Shown: one piece after another, positions 44,796-55,019 of the stretch
Layout: each line of letters begins with the position of its first letter
Position numbering within the stretch: position 1 is the first letter of the stretch
Source of the DNA: a virus
Taxonomy: Duplodnaviria; Caudoviricetes
DNA: 55,694 nucleotides
Strand: one strand, 5' to 3'
Virus record (IMG/VR): IMGVR_UViG_3300035683_000205
Location: 1 to 55,694 of that record
Position numbers and translations under genes: made by a program
Notes under the pieces: generated by a model
The model's input: the letters and a program-made list of their open reading frames with translations, nothing else
What the model was told of the DNA's origin: nothing
The model's database searches: none

Positions 44796-46568
44796 ATGCC
44801 GAACATCGGGAAGACCACAATCGGGGCGGGCGCCGGTAGCTTCGGAAACGTGCGGGCCATGACGTTGGTCATGCCCGCCACAGCCGGCATGGTGTTAGAC
44901 TCGGTGTCGTTCGGGACCGGTTCGGGGGGACTTGACTCCCGCGTTGCGGTGTACGTCGGCGGGAGTGCCTCCAGCCCGGCCGGGGCTACACTCCTCTGGG
45001 AGTCGGCGCCGCTGGCGCTCGCATCGAGCGGCGGGTGGGTGACCATCGCTGCGGGGCAGCAGGTGATTCCGTCCGGTGCGCGAATCTGGCTCGTCTCCAA
45101 AGGCAACGACTTCGCCTGGGCGTTGCACCAGGACGACGGAGCCGCGGCCCCGGGAGATTGGTACGTGGGGCGATGGGGGACGACCGTCATCAGCGCCGCT
45201 CCGGCCGACGCTTACCCGACGACGTGGCCATCAGAGACGGGAGCGTTCGCGGGCGGTGTGACCCTCTCCTCCTACATCACCTACAGCACCGGCGGCGCGG
45301 GGGGCGGCCCTCAGCCCGTCGCGCCAGTCGTGACGGTCACCAGGCCCTCCGCCACCTCCGTCGCGGTTCCGGCTGGCACGGAGCTGGTGCTGCGCGCCAC
45401 GGCCACCGCGTCAGGTGGGGGGGACCTCTCCGCCGGCATCGTCTGGACCAGCAGCAACGCTGCGGACGGGAACGCAGGCGGGGTTCCGGGGCGCCTCGGG
45501 ACCGGCGCCTCCATCACCATCGACACCGCCGGGTGGACCGGCTCGCGGCAGATCCAGGCCGCGGCCACCGACGCCAACGGCACCGGCACGGATGCTTTCA
45601 CGCTCAACGTCGGCGGCGCCGCATCGGGCGCGTCTCCCTCCACCCCGGAGCTTCGGACCATGTGCGACCTCTACCACCGCGACCCGGACGCCGCCCGCCG
45701 CCGGGTGCCGCTCTACCTGACCCTGGCGGACGGCTCCCCCGCGCCGGCCGCCGGCGCCAAGGCGAAGATCATCAAGAACGGGGGCGGCGCTGGGGACTCC
45801 AACGCCAACGTGGCGGCCATCGCCAACGCCGGGGCGGGCTGGTTCTTCGTCCAGCTGACCGCGGCGGAGCAGGACACCCCCGGCTCGCTCGCCGTGGCCT
45901 ACGACGACGGCACCGCGCGCGGCCGGACGCTGTGCGCGGTCCTGCCGCTCCCCGCCCCCGTGGCCGGAGCGGTGAGCGGGGCCGCCAGCGCCACCGCCCT
46001 GACCCTCCCGGCGGGGCTCCGGCTCCGCGCGGGCTGGGTGCTCTCCATCACGGAGGGCGCGGGCGAGGGCGGCAGCGCGGTGGTGGACTCCTACAACTCC
46101 GGGACGGGCGCGGTCGTGCTGGAGGACCCCGGCCTCCCGGTGCAGCCGGACGCCACCTCGCGCTTCACGGCGACCGCTTCGCCGGTCGGCGCCACGATGC
46201 CGGCGACCGACGCCAACGGCCGCGTGCAGGCGGTCGGTGTCGACACCCTCCTCGCGCGCGTCCCCGCGGAGGTGGCGACGGACGCGGACGTGCAGGCGAT
46301 CGCCACCACGCTGGGCAACGGCGTCACCCTGGCGCTGGGGCAGGCGGCCGGGATCGCGAACGCGGTGCTGGACCAGGCGAACGGCGTGGAGACGAACATG
46401 ACCCCCCGCCAGGCGCTCCGGCTCGTTGCCGCCATCCTGGGGGGCGCCGTCTCGGGCGCTGGCACGTCCGCGGAGACGTTCAAGGCGGCGGGCACCAACA
46501 AGGTGCGCGCGACCGTCTCTGCCGATCCGCAGGGGAACCGCACCCTTGTCCTGGACCTGAGCGCCTGA
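44796..46568 (+). CDS. Gly/Ala/Thr-rich virion structural protein with an Ig-like domain
   Basis: P.V.VT.P..L.ATA...DLS..I.WTSS..LGTG..I.A..TD; C-terminal T.RQALRL.AA.L.G.VSGA.T..D..GNRT. Confidence 0.7.
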   Translation: MPNIGKTTIGAGAGSFGNVRAMTLVMPATAGMVLDSVSFGTGSGGLDSRVAVYVGGSASSPAGATLLWESAPLALASSGGWVTIAAGQQVIPSGARIWLVSKGNDFAWALHQDDGAAAPGDWYVGRWGTTVISAAPADAYPTTWPSETGAFAGGVTLSSYITYSTGGAGGGPQPVAPVVTVTRPSATSVAVPAGTELVLRATATASGGGDLSAGIVWTSSNAADGNAGGVPGRLGTGASITIDTAGWTGSRQIQAAATDANGTGTDAFTLNVGGAASGASPSTPELRTMCDLYHRDPDAARRRVPLYLTLADGSPAPAAGAKAKIIKNGGGAGDSNANVAAIANAGAGWFFVQLTAAEQDTPGSLAVAYDDGTARGRTLCAVLPLPAPVAGAVSGAASATALTLPAGLRLRAGWVLSITEGAGEGGSAVVDSYNSGTGAVVLEDPGLPVQPDATSRFTATASPVGATMPATDANGRVQAVGVDTLLARVPAEVATDADVQAIATTLGNGVTLALGQAAGIANAVLDQANGVETNMTPRQALRLVAAILGGAVSGAGTSAETFKAAGTNKVRATVSADPQGNRTLVLDLSA

Positions 46569-47425
46569 TGCCGCGCCGCACCTTCGCCCCGCGCCTGTTC
46601 GGGGCACGGACCTTTGCCGCGCTCGCGCTCCGCCAGGAGTTCCGCCCGCCGGTCGTGCCGGCGCCCCCCACCGGGGGGGTGCTGATCGACGGGGTGGACG
46701 TGGCGACCTTCGGCATCAGCGTCACCGGCGAGCTGGTCGGGTGGCGGGACGGCCCCGCCGTCTCGCTGCCCACGCGCCAGCTCGCGGGGGGGCTCGCGCT
46801 CGCCATCATCGGCCGCCGCATCATGCAGATGCGGTCGGTCGGGTTCGCCGGGGTGATCGAGGGCGACACCCCGGCCGAGGTGGACGAGCGCTGGGCGGCC
46901 TTCCTGTACCACGTCGCCGCCGGGGAGAGGGCGCGGCGCCTCACGCTCGCGGGGCGGGAGGCGCGGTACTACCGCGGCTACTACAACGCGGCGCGGAGCA
47001 CGCCGGCCGGCGCGCGGATCCTCGCCCCCACCATGCACGAGGTGCGGGTGGTGTTCGACTGCACCGACCCGCACGCCTACGCCGCGGAGCCCACCACGGT
47101 GGCGTTCGGCGCACCCACCCAGGTGCCGCTCGGGGATGCCCCGGTCGCCCCGCTGATCCGGGTGTCGCACCCCACCACGATCGTCTACCGCAGCTCCACC
47201 GGGGTGGAGCTGCGCCGCATGCGGATCGGGGCCTTCGACACGTCCAGCCCCTTCGAGATCGACCTGCGCACCGGCCGAAGGAACAAGCCGGCGGACATCA
47301 CCGGCCCGTTCCTTCGGCTGGATCCGGCGGACGGCGTGCGCGGGGGTGCGGGACCCACGCTCGCCGCGGAGCCGCCGGTCGCCTCGGCCGTGGCCGTGTA
47401 CCCCCTCGCCTACCTGAGCGTGTGA
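46568..47425 (+). CDS. Distal tail (Dit)-like protein
   Basis: IDGVD...FGI, R.V...G.I, RYY..Y, F.C.DP.AY, G.AP..P.I. Confidence 0.8.
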   Translation: MPRRTFAPRLFGARTFAALALRQEFRPPVVPAPPTGGVLIDGVDVATFGISVTGELVGWRDGPAVSLPTRQLAGGLALAIIGRRIMQMRSVGFAGVIEGDTPAEVDERWAAFLYHVAAGERARRLTLAGREARYYRGYYNAARSTPAGARILAPTMHEVRVVFDCTDPHAYAAEPTTVAFGAPTQVPLGDAPVAPLIRVSHPTTIVYRSSTGVELRRMRIGAFDTSSPFEIDLRTGRRNKPADITGPFLRLDPADGVRGGAGPTLAAEPPVASAVAVYPLAYLSV

Positions 47426-47426
47426 C

Positions 47427-50400
47427 ATGCGTGCCCTGAACCGCTTGGAAGTGCGGGCCACCTTCGGGGGCTCCTCCCTCGGCGTCGTGCCCCTGGAGGA
47501 CGTGCTGGACGGCGTGGAGGAGTGGACGGAGGGGACGGAGGGGGACCAGGAGGCCGTCACCTTCACGCTCAACCGCGAGGGCGAGTCGTGGGCACTTCTC
47601 CAGCACCGGCGCGTGCTCGCCCAGGTGTTTGAGGACGGCACGGAAGCGGAGTGGCGGATCGTGCAGGAAACCGAGGCCCAGGACGGGGGCACGGGCGAGA
47701 CGGCCGCCACCGTCCGCGCCGAGGCGCCGCTGCTGGATCTGGCCGACACCGATCTCGTCTCCCACGAGGAGGTGGACGGGTCGGTCGTCCACACGTTTGC
47801 CCCCTGGGGGCTGACACCGGCCGAACACCTGACGCTCGTCGCCCCGGTGCTCCCGCCGGGCTGGAGCATCGGCACGGTGGAGTCCACCGAGCAAGTGGAG
47901 GTCCAGTACGACAACGACAACGCGCTAACCGCAGCCTACGCGATCGCCGAGGCCGCCGGCCTGGTGGTGGACTGGACCGCCGCCGGGGGCGGGGCGTTCG
48001 TCCTCCACCTGCGCGATCCCGAGGTGACGGACGACTCGGAAGCTGCGGACCTGCGCTACGGCCTGAACGTCGCCGGCATCGAGCTGGAGACCGACTCGAC
48101 CGCGCTGGCCTCGCGCCTCTACCCGCACGGCGCCGCGGAGAACGGCATCCGTGCGGGGATCGAGGACGCCGCATGGGTGGTGGAGGCGGTGGACGGCACG
48201 GGCACGCGCCTGCGGTTCCCCGCGGAGTGCATCGCCTTCGACGGCCAGATGGACGGCCGCTACGTGGAGCTGGCGGGCACGGCTACCCGGCTCCTGGTGG
48301 TGCAGACGGTGGCCGCCGCGCGGGAGGTGGTGGTCGCCACGCCGGGGATCCAGCCCGGCGCCCTGATCCAGTTCCGCGCGACGGCCACCGGGCGGCACCT
48401 CACCTACCTGGACAACCCGGCCACGGCCGCGCGCTGGCCGAAGAAGGCGGCGCAGGTCTCCTATGACGACGTGCCCGACATCCAGAACGTGCTCCCCGGC
48501 GGCTTCTTCGACGTGCTGGAGGGGAACGCCCCGCGGGGCTGGGAGCGCGTCGGCACCCTGACCGAGCTGCGGCTGGAGATGTCGCCGCTGTTCGTCCGGC
48601 ACGGCGAGGCTTCCACCTACTTCGCCACCACCGACGAGGGCGCCGGGCTGGTGTCCAAGTGGACGCCCTACTCCCTGTCGGTCCTCCGCTGGTACCTCTC
48701 CCTGCAGGCGGTGCTCTACCTGGCTGAGGGCGCGCTGCGCATGGAGTTCGAGCTGGAGAACGACCAGGGCGAGGTGCGGGTGTTCCCGCCGGCCGGGCAA
48801 GCCGTGTGGGCCACGCTCGGGTGGGCGGACAACTGGGGCGTCTCGCCGGGGGAGCTGGCGGAGTTGGAAGGCTGGGGGACGCGGCGCGTGCGAGCCCGGT
48901 TCGTCAACGCGACGAACCGCCCGCTGCGCGTGTACCTGGACGCGGCCATGCTCACGCCCACCCCGAACGGCGCCTCGGAGTTCTCGGAGGGGCGCGCGGC
49001 GAACAGGCTTTGGACGCGCACGCTGGAGGAGCTGGCGGAGCCGGTGCGCACCAATCCGCAGCTCAGGGCCAAGGTGGACGTCGTGGATCTGTACGCGGCA
49101 GACCCCGACGCCTTCCGCTACTACGAGCTGCCCAAGCGCGGCGTGGTGCGGGTGCAGCACGAGCCGCTTGGGGCCGACTTCCGGACGCGCATCGTGGGGC
49201 GGAAGCGGTCCGCGGTGACGGGGCAGGTGCTTGAGGTGGAGCTGGACACCCGCATCCTGAGCCTCGCGGGCGACGTGGCAGGCGGGGGGCGGCGCGGGCG
49301 GCGCGGGGCCCCGCTCCGCAACTCCGCGCAGGGCGGGGTGGACATCTCCATCGAGCAGGTGGAGCGGAGCGCGGCCGGAGTGAAGCTGCGACTCACCGCC
49401 ACCAGCAGCACCGGGCAACGGGTCGCCCTGTTCTTCCGCGGTGACAAGGACCCATCCTCAAAGCTCTACTCGCGGCGCCCGGCGGCCAGCTGGGTGGGGT
49501 CGCCGCTGGTCTACGACCTGATGGTCACCCCACCGGACCCAGGCAAATCGGTTGTGGTGGTGGAAGCATATGCGGCGGCCGAGGGGGGCGCTGTCTCCCC
49601 GGTGCGCTCCGCCACCATCGACGCGAGCGACCAGGCGTCGTTCACCTCGTTTACCCTGACCATCGACGAGCCGAGCGGATTTCCGCGGGTGCGGGGCAAT
49701 GTGGACTCCGACACCAAGTCGGCACGGCTGTTCTTTCGCATCGCGGCCTCGCCGCCATACCCGACCGATGCGGAGGTGGAGGCGGGAGTGGTAGTGCCGG
49801 TCACCGCTGGCGTGGTGTCCTACGTCCATCCGGTGGAGGTGCCGCGGCGACAGAGGGTCCGGGTGGGGGCCGCTCCATACCGCGGTCCGGACGGCGCGGG
49901 CCCTGGCGGGGTGCAGGACCACGGGCCCACCCAGCTGAGGGACGCAGAGCGGCGCGTGGCCGCCGCCCCGCGGATCTGGGTCGTAGAACTGGGTGCGGGC
50001 GCCGGAAAGTCCAACCTGTACGTGACCGTGCGGGATCCGGAGGGCGGCGGGCGTCTGTACGCCTGGACGAATCCGGGGGGGCCAGACTCCCCGGACCCAG
50101 ACACGCAGGCTCACGATGGCCACGCCGATGTCTTTGCATCCGAGGCCCGCTTTACGCCGACCTCCGATTTCGTGCGGGCGGACGGGAGCTTCGCGAAGCT
50201 CCTGCGCCAGGTGCCGTACCACGCCGGGCGTGGCAAGTCGGTGTACTTCCTCTACGAGTCATGGAGCGGGGAGAAGACGGAGGTCGTCAAAGTGGACCTC
50301 CGGAACGTCTTCGACGAAGCCATTGACGAACTGGGACAGGTGCGGGCGCAGTCGGTTCGCAGCGCGATGGCGAAGCTGGAGGACATGGATGCCGTCTTGG

Positions 50401-51977
50401 TGCTGTCGGCGCTACCGGCGGACAACACGGAGTCGTCCCTGGTGCTCCTCCTGGACCAGAATGGCAAGGGGAAGCTCTACCGGTGGGAGCAGGGGGCTGG
50501 GTGGGTGCCGATGGTGAGGGCGGTCGACATCGATGGGCAGCTGATCGCCCAGCAACTCGCCGACGCCGCGGTGACCCGCCGGGCGATCCTGGATGGAGCT
50601 GTGGATGCGCTCAAGCTGGCCGACGCCGCGGTGACCGCTGCGAAGGTGGCGGCGGGGGCAATCACAGTCGGAAAGATCGGCACGGACGCGGTGGGCGAGG
50701 CGCAGCTGGCTGCCAGGGCGGTTACGAACGCAAAGCTTGCGCTCGCCGCGGTCACCTCCGAGGTGCTCGCAGCCGCCGCTGTGACGGAGACCAAGATCGG
50801 CGACGGCGCCGTCACCACCCCGAAGCTCGTTGCCGGCGCCGTCACGGCGGCGAGAATCGCTGCCGGAGCGGTCACGACCGAGAAGCTGGCCGCTGCTGCC
50901 GTGACGGCGGAGACGATCGCGGCCGGGGCAGTGTACGCCTCTCACATCGGCGTGCACCAGATCCTGGCGCACCACATCGCGGCGGAACAGATCCTTGCCG
51001 CGCATATCATTGCAGGGCAGATCCTCGCCTCTCACATCGGCGCTGAGCAGATCAACGCCGGCCACATCGTCGGGCGCTCAATCACCGCGGACCGGCTGGT
51101 GGCAGGATCAATCACTGCGGACGAGCTCGGCGCCAACAGCGTCACCGCCGAGAAGATCCTCGCGCGCAGCATCACAGCGCTCAAGATCGCGGCCGACACC
51201 ATCACGTCGAACGAGCTCGCAGCGAACTCGGTCACCGCGAACGAGCTGGCCGCCAACTCCGTCTACGCGGGCACCATCCAGGCCGGAGCGGTAAAGGCGG
51301 AGGCGATCGACGTGGGGGCAGTCACCGCGGCCGCCATCGCTGCCAACGCCGTCACCGCCGAGAAGATCGAGGCGGACTCCGTCACGGCCGACAAGATTGC
51401 CGTGGCCACCCTGGGAGAGATCGCCGACGATCTGGGGATCGTGGTGAAAGGCGTTTTGCGCAGCGGCGCGGTCCGCACGGACGGGACACCCATGGTAGAG
51501 CTCGACCTGAACGCCACGGGCGCCGCCGAGATCCTGGACGCCATGGCGGTGGTGATCCGCGCGAACGGCACCGGGTCGTGGCGGGGGCTAGTGGAGGCGG
51601 ACGAGTTCATGGCGCATGAGGCCAAGTTCTACAGCCTGCGCATGCGGGCGCGCCCCGACCTGCCGGCGCTCCCCCGCGGGATCTTCTTCCCCGGCGGCGG
51701 GCACCTGAGCGACAACGGCGGGAGCGAGCTGCACCTGGCCTCCGCTGGGGGTGTGGGGCTGATCGCGCCCATCGTAGAAACGTCCGGCGCGTTCCGGGCC
51801 CGCGGGGCCTTCAACGCCGACACGGACGCGACGGTCGCCGGGACTATCGCAGCTGGGGCCGTCTCCGCGGGGGGTGTCTCGATCCAGGGACGGCCGGCGG
51901 CCGGGGTGATCATCTCCACCGGCGATCCGTCCGGCGGCCCGTACCCGGCGGGAACCCTCTGGTGCAAGGTGTCCTGA
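47427..51977 (+). CDS. Tail tip (Tal-like) / fibre protein with 10-aa repeats
   Basis: LRYG.N..GI...D...L.SRLYP.G gp27-like hub; long AVT..KIA repeat shaft. Confidence 0.8.
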   Translation: MRALNRLEVRATFGGSSLGVVPLEDVLDGVEEWTEGTEGDQEAVTFTLNREGESWALLQHRRVLAQVFEDGTEAEWRIVQETEAQDGGTGETAATVRAEAPLLDLADTDLVSHEEVDGSVVHTFAPWGLTPAEHLTLVAPVLPPGWSIGTVESTEQVEVQYDNDNALTAAYAIAEAAGLVVDWTAAGGGAFVLHLRDPEVTDDSEAADLRYGLNVAGIELETDSTALASRLYPHGAAENGIRAGIEDAAWVVEAVDGTGTRLRFPAECIAFDGQMDGRYVELAGTATRLLVVQTVAAAREVVVATPGIQPGALIQFRATATGRHLTYLDNPATAARWPKKAAQVSYDDVPDIQNVLPGGFFDVLEGNAPRGWERVGTLTELRLEMSPLFVRHGEASTYFATTDEGAGLVSKWTPYSLSVLRWYLSLQAVLYLAEGALRMEFELENDQGEVRVFPPAGQAVWATLGWADNWGVSPGELAELEGWGTRRVRARFVNATNRPLRVYLDAAMLTPTPNGASEFSEGRAANRLWTRTLEELAEPVRTNPQLRAKVDVVDLYAADPDAFRYYELPKRGVVRVQHEPLGADFRTRIVGRKRSAVTGQVLEVELDTRILSLAGDVAGGGRRGRRGAPLRNSAQGGVDISIEQVERSAAGVKLRLTATSSTGQRVALFFRGDKDPSSKLYSRRPAASWVGSPLVYDLMVTPPDPGKSVVVVEAYAAAEGGAVSPVRSATIDASDQASFTSFTLTIDEPSGFPRVRGNVDSDTKSARLFFRIAASPPYPTDAEVEAGVVVPVTAGVVSYVHPVEVPRRQRVRVGAAPYRGPDGAGPGGVQDHGPTQLRDAERRVAAAPRIWVVELGAGAGKSNLYVTVRDPEGGGRLYAWTNPGGPDSPDPDTQAHDGHADVFASEARFTPTSDFVRADGSFAKLLRQVPYHAGRGKSVYFLYESWSGEKTEVVKVDLRNVFDEAIDELGQVRAQSVRSAMAKLEDMDAVLVLSALPADNTESSLVLLLDQNGKGKLYRWEQGAGWVPMVRAVDIDGQLIAQQLADAAVTRRAILDGAVDALKLADAAVTAAKVAAGAITVGKIGTDAVGEAQLAARAVTNAKLALAAVTSEVLAAAAVTETKIGDGAVTTPKLVAGAVTAARIAAGAVTTEKLAAAAVTAETIAAGAVYASHIGVHQILAHHIAAEQILAAHIIAGQILASHIGAEQINAGHIVGRSITADRLVAGSITADELGANSVTAEKILARSITALKIAADTITSNELAANSVTANELAANSVYAGTIQAGAVKAEAIDVGAVTAAAIAANAVTAEKIEADSVTADKIAVATLGEIADDLGIVVKGVLRSGAVRTDGTPMVELDLNATGAAEILDAMAVVIRANGTGSWRGLVEADEFMAHEAKFYSLRMRARPDLPALPRGIFFPGGGHLSDNGGSELHLASAGGVGLIAPIVETSGAFRARGAFNADTDATVAGTIAAGAVSAGGVSIQGRPAAGVIISTGDPSGGPYPAGTLWCKVS

Positions 51978-53029
51978 TGCCGCTCACCGTATACGACGCA
52001 GCTGGGAACCCCCGCTTGGTGGTGGGCGTGTGGGTGTCGGACGGGGCCACCATGCGCCCCGTCACTTCGGCCTGGGTGTCGGACGGGGGCAGCATGCGCC
52101 AGGTGGTCGCGCCGGGCGGCGGTGGCCCGCGAGTGCTGGCCGCGCCTGCGAACCTGCAGGCAACCAACTCGAGCCAGTGTCAGGACCAGATCGCCGTCTA
52201 CAACGTGCTGGTTCACTGGACCAACACCGAGGGGGATTGCTTCACTGAGCTGTACGAGGGCGGCGTCCTGGCACACACGTACCCCCCTGGCCAGGTGGGC
52301 GCCAACCTCGGGCTCGGGCCGGGCACGTACAGCTTTACCGTCCGGCACCGGCACCCGCTCGACCCGAGCTTGCGGAGCCAGCACAGCAACGTGGCCGGCG
52401 TCACCGTCCACCAGCTGGATTGCACGCCGCCGGCCCCCGACCTCCAGGTAACGGACCTTCGGCCGTGCGGCACGTACAAGGCGCGGCTGGTGTGGATCAA
52501 CACGGTGTCCCGCAACATGCGCGTGTACCGCAATGGCGAGCTGGTCCACATCGCCGCCTACCCCGCCACGGACTGGACCGACGAGGCGGCGACTCCGGGG
52601 CCGCACACCTGGTACGTCCACCACGTCCCGAGCGACGACGCGACCGACTTTGAGCCGCCCCCCAGTAGCTCCGTGGCGCGCACGCTGGAGCAGGACTGCG
52701 CCCCGGTGGGTCCGGCAGCTCCGCCGACCATCGGGTCCGTGACGAACATCAGCCGGTGCGAGGGCTTCGATCCGGTGATTGGTCAGCTCGGTACTCCGGT
52801 CTACGAGGCGCGCGTCACCTGGACGAACGGCGACCTGCTGGCCTCCACGGACATCCTCGTGGACGGCGCCTGGCGCGCCGGCGTGGGCATGGAGGCGACC
52901 GAAGCGGTGATCCCGTTGTATCAGGCCGGGAGCTACGCCGTCACCGTGCGGCATGTGCGGAACGGGATCCCGAGCGCGGCCAGCGGGCCGGTCACCGTCA
53001 CCGCGGGGCAGTTGGCGTGCGACCCGTGA
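51977..53029 (+). CDS. Fn3/Ig-repeat tail-associated protein
   Basis: Three beta-sandwich repeats (AP.NL, V.WTN, G.Y..TVRH) with paired Cys. Confidence 0.7.
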   Translation: MPLTVYDAAGNPRLVVGVWVSDGATMRPVTSAWVSDGGSMRQVVAPGGGGPRVLAAPANLQATNSSQCQDQIAVYNVLVHWTNTEGDCFTELYEGGVLAHTYPPGQVGANLGLGPGTYSFTVRHRHPLDPSLRSQHSNVAGVTVHQLDCTPPAPDLQVTDLRPCGTYKARLVWINTVSRNMRVYRNGELVHIAAYPATDWTDEAATPGPHTWYVHHVPSDDATDFEPPPSSSVARTLEQDCAPVGPAAPPTIGSVTNISRCEGFDPVIGQLGTPVYEARVTWTNGDLLASTDILVDGAWRAGVGMEATEAVIPLYQAGSYAVTVRHVRNGIPSAASGPVTVTAGQLACDP

Positions 53030-53065
53030 CGCGGGCGGGATTTCACCAGCGAGGAGGAAGGGGGC

Positions 53066-53758
53066 ATGACCGACGAGCGCGCCATTCCGGCACTGAGGAT
53101 CTTCGCCGGCCCGCCGAGGGCCGACACCGACCAAACTGATACTGGACCTATTCCGATGCCGCACAGATTCGCCGCCTTGAAGCAGCTCGCCGTGGTGGCG
53201 CCGCCCGACGCTGCCGCGCTCATGTGCTCCACGCTGGCCGCGTGCGCCGCCTTCCTGTTCGGCGGCACGGCCAACCTGGTGCTCGCGGTCCTCTGCGTGA
53301 CGTTCGCGCTGCTCGACATGACGTCGGGCACGCTCCGGGCCTTCATCGCACCGGGCGAGAAGGCCGAGGGGCGCAAGTTCCTCCTGGGCTTCGCGCGCAA
53401 GGTGCTCCACGCGCACCTGGTGGGCGCCTGCGTCGCGCTGGACCTCACGTTCATGTACGGGATCCCCGGCACCTACGAGGTCTTCAACGACCTGCGGCCG
53501 TGGACGCGGCTGGGGCTGCTGGTGTTCATCGGCTACGAGGGCCGGTCCCTGCTCCGGAACGTGGCGCTGGTGCGCGAGATCCCGCGGAAGATCGAGCAGG
53601 TGTTCAGCGCGCTCAGCGAGGGCTCCACGATGCAGGCCGCCCACGCGCTGGACGAAATGCGCGCTCCGCCGGGGCGCGCCCCCACCGAGCGATGGACCGA
53701 CCCGACGCCGCCCGTGGTGGCGCCGCCGATCGTACCCGAACCCGACCAACGGCCATGA
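53066..53758 (+). CDS. Holin
   Basis: About three TM segments, LLD..SG...A, GF.RK, YEG.S.L.N, IP; directly before the lysin. Confidence 0.8.
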   Translation: MTDERAIPALRIFAGPPRADTDQTDTGPIPMPHRFAALKQLAVVAPPDAAALMCSTLAACAAFLFGGTANLVLAVLCVTFALLDMTSGTLRAFIAPGEKAEGRKFLLGFARKVLHAHLVGACVALDLTFMYGIPGTYEVFNDLRPWTRLGLLVFIGYEGRSLLRNVALVREIPRKIEQVFSALSEGSTMQAAHALDEMRAPPGRAPTERWTDPTPPVVAPPIVPEPDQRP

Positions 53759-54419
53759 GCGCGATCACCAACCGAGGCAGCGCGTCACCTCGCCGGGCCT
53801 CAACCTCCGCACGGGACCGGGCACGGAGTTCCCGGTCCTGACGACACTCCCGGCCGGGGCCGAGGTGCAGCCCAACCCGGTCCCTGGCGCGGCGCCCTGG
53901 CTGCGCGTCACCTGGCGCTACGGCGGGGCCTGGCTCACCGGCTGGGTGAACAGCGCACACCTGGGCCCGCTGGAGACCGCACCGGCGCCCTGGATGGAGC
54001 ACGCCCGCGCGGCGCAGCGGAAGGGGATCCGGGAGGTGCCGGGCGCGAAGCATCACCCGGACATCCTCCACATGCACGGGCAGACCAGCCTCAAGGCGAA
54101 GTCCGATGAGGTGCCATGGTGCTCGTCGTTCGCCGTCTCGTGCATGGAGCTCGCCGGGATCCCCAGCACGCGCTCCGCGGCCGCGGTGTCGTGGCTGGAG
54201 TGGGGCCGCAAGCTGGACGAGCCGGTGCCGGGGTGCGTCGTGGTGCTCCGCCGCGGCAAGGACGGCGGCCACGTCGGGTTCCTGGAGGCGGCCGACGAGA
54301 CGCACGTCGCGCTGCTGGGGGGGAATCAGGGCAACCGGGTGAGCGTGCAGCGGTACCCCCGCAAGCGAGTGCTCGGGTACCGCTGGCCCATGGACCGGCC
54401 CCTGCCGTCGTCGGAGTAG
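53755..54419 (+). CDS. Endolysin: SH3b plus TIGR02594/NlpC-P60-like peptidase, frameshifted near the 5' end
   Basis: LNLRTGPGT.FPVL..LP.G (SH3); PW...A, G..E..G, DE.PWCSSF, SAAA.SW..WG, GHVGF, LGGNQ. Confidence 0.85.
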
Positions 54420-54447
54420 CGCGCCGCGGCACGTAGAGCGCAGGACG

Positions 54448-54484
54448 CAGGGAGGGGGCGCCGTAGCACGGCGCCCCCTCCCTG
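54448..54484. terminator. 17-bp hairpin between convergent genes
   Basis: CAGGGAGGGGGCGCCGT agc ACGGCGCCCCCTCCCTG. Confidence 0.75.
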
Positions 54485-54525
54485 TTCGTGCCTCCAGCGG
54501 CCCGCCAGGGGCCTTCTACCCCGCC

Positions 54526-54960
54526 TCAGCGCGTTCCCGTCGCCTCGCCGTAGCACGCGCGCCCGCCCATGGTGCCGGCGGGGAAGTCCAGCGTGCCGCG
54601 CAGCTGGCCGTTCACGATGGTGCCGGAGAACTCCGGCTCGGGGCCGTTCCACCACAGCTTCATCCGAAAGGTGGACTCCGCCAGGTTGAGGTGGCCGGTC
54701 ACCGTGCGGGTTGGGTTGGCGTTCAGCCCCCACTGCACGCCGCCCAGCAGGTTCAGAACGCCGTGATCGGCGCTCTCTGCGGTGGCCGCCGGCACGCGCA
54801 GCGTCAGGGTGGCGGCGGTGGTCCAGCAGCCGGTGAGCGCGGCCGTGGGGCGGATCGTCCAGTCGCCGGTGTACGCGTGGTAGTCGTAGGACGGCCCCGA
54901 GGGATCGGAGCAGCCGAGGAGCGCGAGGCAGAGCAGGAGAGCGGAAGGGCGCATGGTCAT
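54526..54960 (-). CDS. Lipoprotein (moron-like), beta-rich
   Basis: MRPSALLLCLALLGC lipobox; Y.G.W motif; opposite strand to the late operon. Confidence 0.75.
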   Translation of the reverse strand: MTMRPSALLLCLALLGCSDPSGPSYDYHAYTGDWTIRPTAALTGCWTTAATLTLRVPAATAESADHGVLNLLGGVQWGLNANPTRTVTGHLNLAESTFRMKLWWNGPEPEFSGTIVNGQLRGTLDFPAGTMGGRACYGEATGTR

Positions 54961-55019
54961 GGCGGTGGAGGTGCAGGGGAACCGGACGAGCGGCGGGACG
55001 CACCGGCCATGCCAGCACA

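Noticed and set aside
47427-53029. Diversity-generating retroelement or invertible tail-fibre cassette
   Set aside because: No reverse transcriptase, template/variable repeat pair or invertase was seen.
53127-53152. CCGACCAAACTGAT as a fourth copy of the dispersed motif
   Set aside because: Several mismatches and 9-bp rather than 10-bp spacing; it needs PWM scoring.
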